Of a stretch of DNA of 64,000 nt, positions 62,176 through 64,000 are shown piece after piece. Numbering within the stretch: the stretch's first letter is position 1; every line of letters begins with the position of its first letter. The notes under the pieces are model-generated. The model was not told where the DNA came from. It made no database searches and saw only the letters and a program-made list of their open reading frames with translations. The DNA comes from Rhodospirillales bacterium. Lineage in GTDB: Bacteria > Pseudomonadota > Alphaproteobacteria > Acetobacterales > Acetobacteraceae. The translations under genes were made by a program, and so were the position numbers. The stretch spans positions 6,499 to 70,498 of the forward strand of contig JAGXAO010000002.1 in the NCBI GenBank assembly GCA_018971565.1, read 5' to 3'.

Positions 62176-63151
62176 TGCTGATCATAAATTGAATAACGCC
62201 CATGCCTGCGCCCATAAGCAGAGCCGCGGCGCCCAGCACCGCCTCCCCGCTTGATGTCGTGAACAAAATCTTGATGTATGACGGCTGAAGCCAGAACAGC
62301 ACTCCGCCCGCAAAAAACGGCAGCACAGTAAGCACCATTGAACCCATCCGCGCTTCAGCGGTAAGCGCATAGCCGCGGGCTTTCAATGCCACGCGCTTGC
62401 GAATTACATCTGCCAGCGTTTCCAGTGTTTGGGTAATGCCGCCGCCTGAGCGTGACTGCAACGTGATCGCGGTCGCAAAAAACTGGTATTCGGTGAGCTT
62501 TATCCGCTCCGACAATTCGCGCAGCGCGACATCAAGCGGGATGCCGATGCTTACCTTATCGGCCAAAATGGTAAATTCCCGTTTTGTCGGCTCCAAAGCG
62601 TCGCCGCCCACGGTACGCAATGCTTCACCCATGGGAATGCCAACGCGCACGCAACGAACAATCGTATTCAACGCATCAGGGAATTGCTCTATCAGCTTTG
62701 CGTTGCGGCGATTTTTGAACCAGTTGAAAATAAAACGATCCAGCATATACCAGAGCAATGGAGAGCCAAAATATTTGACGGGCAGCCAGATTTTTTGGTG
62801 ATGCCCAAGCGGGTGCGAAGCCAGCCACATAATGGCGGCTGTTGCCAGCAAGGCCAGGGGCGGCACCAGCCACCATTTGATCGGGTAGGTTTCGGCTTGC
62901 TGCAGATCCACCCCAATCCACCCGGCGGCACGCTCCTTCAGCTGTTCTATCCGCGATGTTGTACGAACCAGGCTAAGTTCTTCATCAACCGTGGATATCG
63001 GCTGCGCCTCAGACATTGTTGCGTGCTTGATTCTGCTTTGCAGCCTCGTCTCGCGTTCATGCCCTAAGACGGTCCAAATTGTCACCCCTACCGCCGCTGC
63101 GGCCAGCAATACAACCAAAGCAAGCAGAACGAATAGCTGGTGCAGCAGCAT
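62162..63151 (-). CDS. tadB: Tad pilus inner-membrane platform protein TadB
   Basis: QFPDAL..IVR.VR.G, Q...GG.I...L..L..VIR.R and TAEARM motifs. Confidence 0.92.
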   Translation of the reverse strand: MLLHQLFVLLALVVLLAAAAVGVTIWTVLGHERETRLQSRIKHATMSEAQPISTVDEELSLVRTTSRIEQLKERAAGWIGVDLQQAETYPIKWWLVPPLALLATAAIMWLASHPLGHHQKIWLPVKYFGSPLLWYMLDRFIFNWFKNRRNAKLIEQFPDALNTIVRCVRVGIPMGEALRTVGGDALEPTKREFTILADKVSIGIPLDVALRELSERIKLTEYQFFATAITLQSRSGGGITQTLETLADVIRKRVALKARGYALTAEARMGSMVLTVLPFFAGGVLFWLQPSYIKILFTTSSGEAVLGAAALLMGAGMGVIQFMISNVLK

Positions 63152-64000
63152 TACACCTCCTCCAGTGCCGCAAGCCAGGCGCGATCCAATCCGAAATATT
63201 GCAGCCGTTCGGTAAAGGATGAGCGGATACGGCTGACCTCATAGTGACCAACCAGACGCCCGTTCGGCGTCTCACCAGTAATTTCCAACTTGAAAATATC
63301 GTTCAGAAGCTGCGTCTCGCCTTCGATTCCGGCAATTTCGGTTACCTGTATAACGCGGCGGCCGCCGTCTCGCTGGCGCTCGACCTGGATGATGATGTTA
63401 ACAGCGGCACATATCTGCTGGCGAATAGCGCGCGGTGTAAGGCCCATCGCTGACATCTGCACCATGTTCTCAATACGGGAGAGTGCATCGCGGGTATTAT
63501 TGGCGTGGATGGTCGACATGGAACCATCATGGCCAGTGTTCATGGCTTGCAGCATGTCAAACGCTTCGCCACCGCGGGTTTCACCGATGATGATCCGGTC
63601 TGGACGCATACGCAACGCGTTCTTGACAAGATCCCGGGCGGTAACCTCGCCCTTGCCTTCCAGGCTTGGCGGTCTTGTTTCCAACCGCACCACATGAGGT
63701 TGCTGCAATTGCAGTTCGGCAGCATCCTCAACCGTCACTATACGTTCGGTGGAATCGATAAACCGCGAAAGCGCATTCATCATTGTCGTTTTGCCCGAAC
63801 CAGTACCACCAGAAACGATGATGTTGAGGCGGCAACGGGCAGCAATTTCAAGCACGCGCGCAATCGGCGGCGTCATAGCGCCAAATTCGATGAGCTTTTT
63901 AAAATCGATCGGCTTTTTAGCAAATTTGCGGATGGAGATGGATGGCCCGTCAATCGCCAAAGGCGGCAGCACAATGTTAACGCGGGAGCCATCTTTAAGA
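63151..64000 (-). CDS. cpaF: Tad pilus ATPase CpaF/TadA (5' end outside the window)
   Basis: [27 protein letters not shown] and [13 protein letters not shown]; frame open to the window edge. Confidence 0.95.
   Translation of the reverse strand, partial: LKDGSRVNIVLPPLAIDGPSISIRKFAKKPIDFKKLIEFGAMTPPIARVLEIAARCRLNIIVSGGTGSGKTTMMNALSRFIDSTERIVTVEDAAELQLQQPHVVRLETRPPSLEGKGEVTARDLVKNALRMRPDRIIIGETRGGEAFDMLQAMNTGHDGSMSTIHANNTRDALSRIENMVQMSAMGLTPRAIRQQICAAVNIIIQVERQRDGGRRVIQVTEIAGIEGETQLLNDIFKLEITGETPNGRLVGHYEVSRIRSSFTERLQYFGLDRAWLAALEEV

Noticed and set aside
55811..64000. comEC plus Tad pilus as a dedicated competence system
   Set aside because: comEC-gltX adjacency is common in alphaproteobacteria, and proximity to tad genes alone is not evidence of functional linkage.

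Overview
High-GC alphaproteobacterial core chromosome. Gene order and protein style suggest Acetobacteraceae (possibly Acidocella-like); this is inference, not a database result. Contents in order: partial lytic transglycosylase; oxidative-stress genes (oxyR/katG, msrA, glutathione peroxidase); EVE gene divergent from ccmCDEFGHI; DUF1674-SMR; mfd-sdhE/recG; mazG-carbonic anhydrase-mntH with an MntR-type palindrome; a fluoride riboswitch controlling crcB-USP-Na+/H+ antiporter; tRNA-Pro(GGG); merR-ihfA-fabH-plsX-rpmF-yceD; bamE followed by a PhoX-fold protein and a GNAT; fzlA-like GST; gltBD; tRNA-Leu(CAG); rnd-lptCAB-rpoN-hpf; map; fumC; a partial polysaccharide export cluster; comEC/gltX; and the 3' part of a Tad pilus locus. 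I saw no transposase, integrase, prophage, CRISPR array or defence system. The strongest candidates for something undescribed are hypotheses: (1) a full-length, probably Tat-exported PhoX homologue that keeps its scaffold motifs but has lost most metal-ligand motifs, encoded directly behind bamE; (2) an Arg-cluster small ORF coupled to lptC where kdsD usually sits; (3) a Tad-locus TPR lipoprotein fused to a SPOR-like domain; (4) a GAF-GGDEF protein with a degenerate A-site but intact I-site; (5) frequent leaderless promoter architecture, including rpoN and ihfA.
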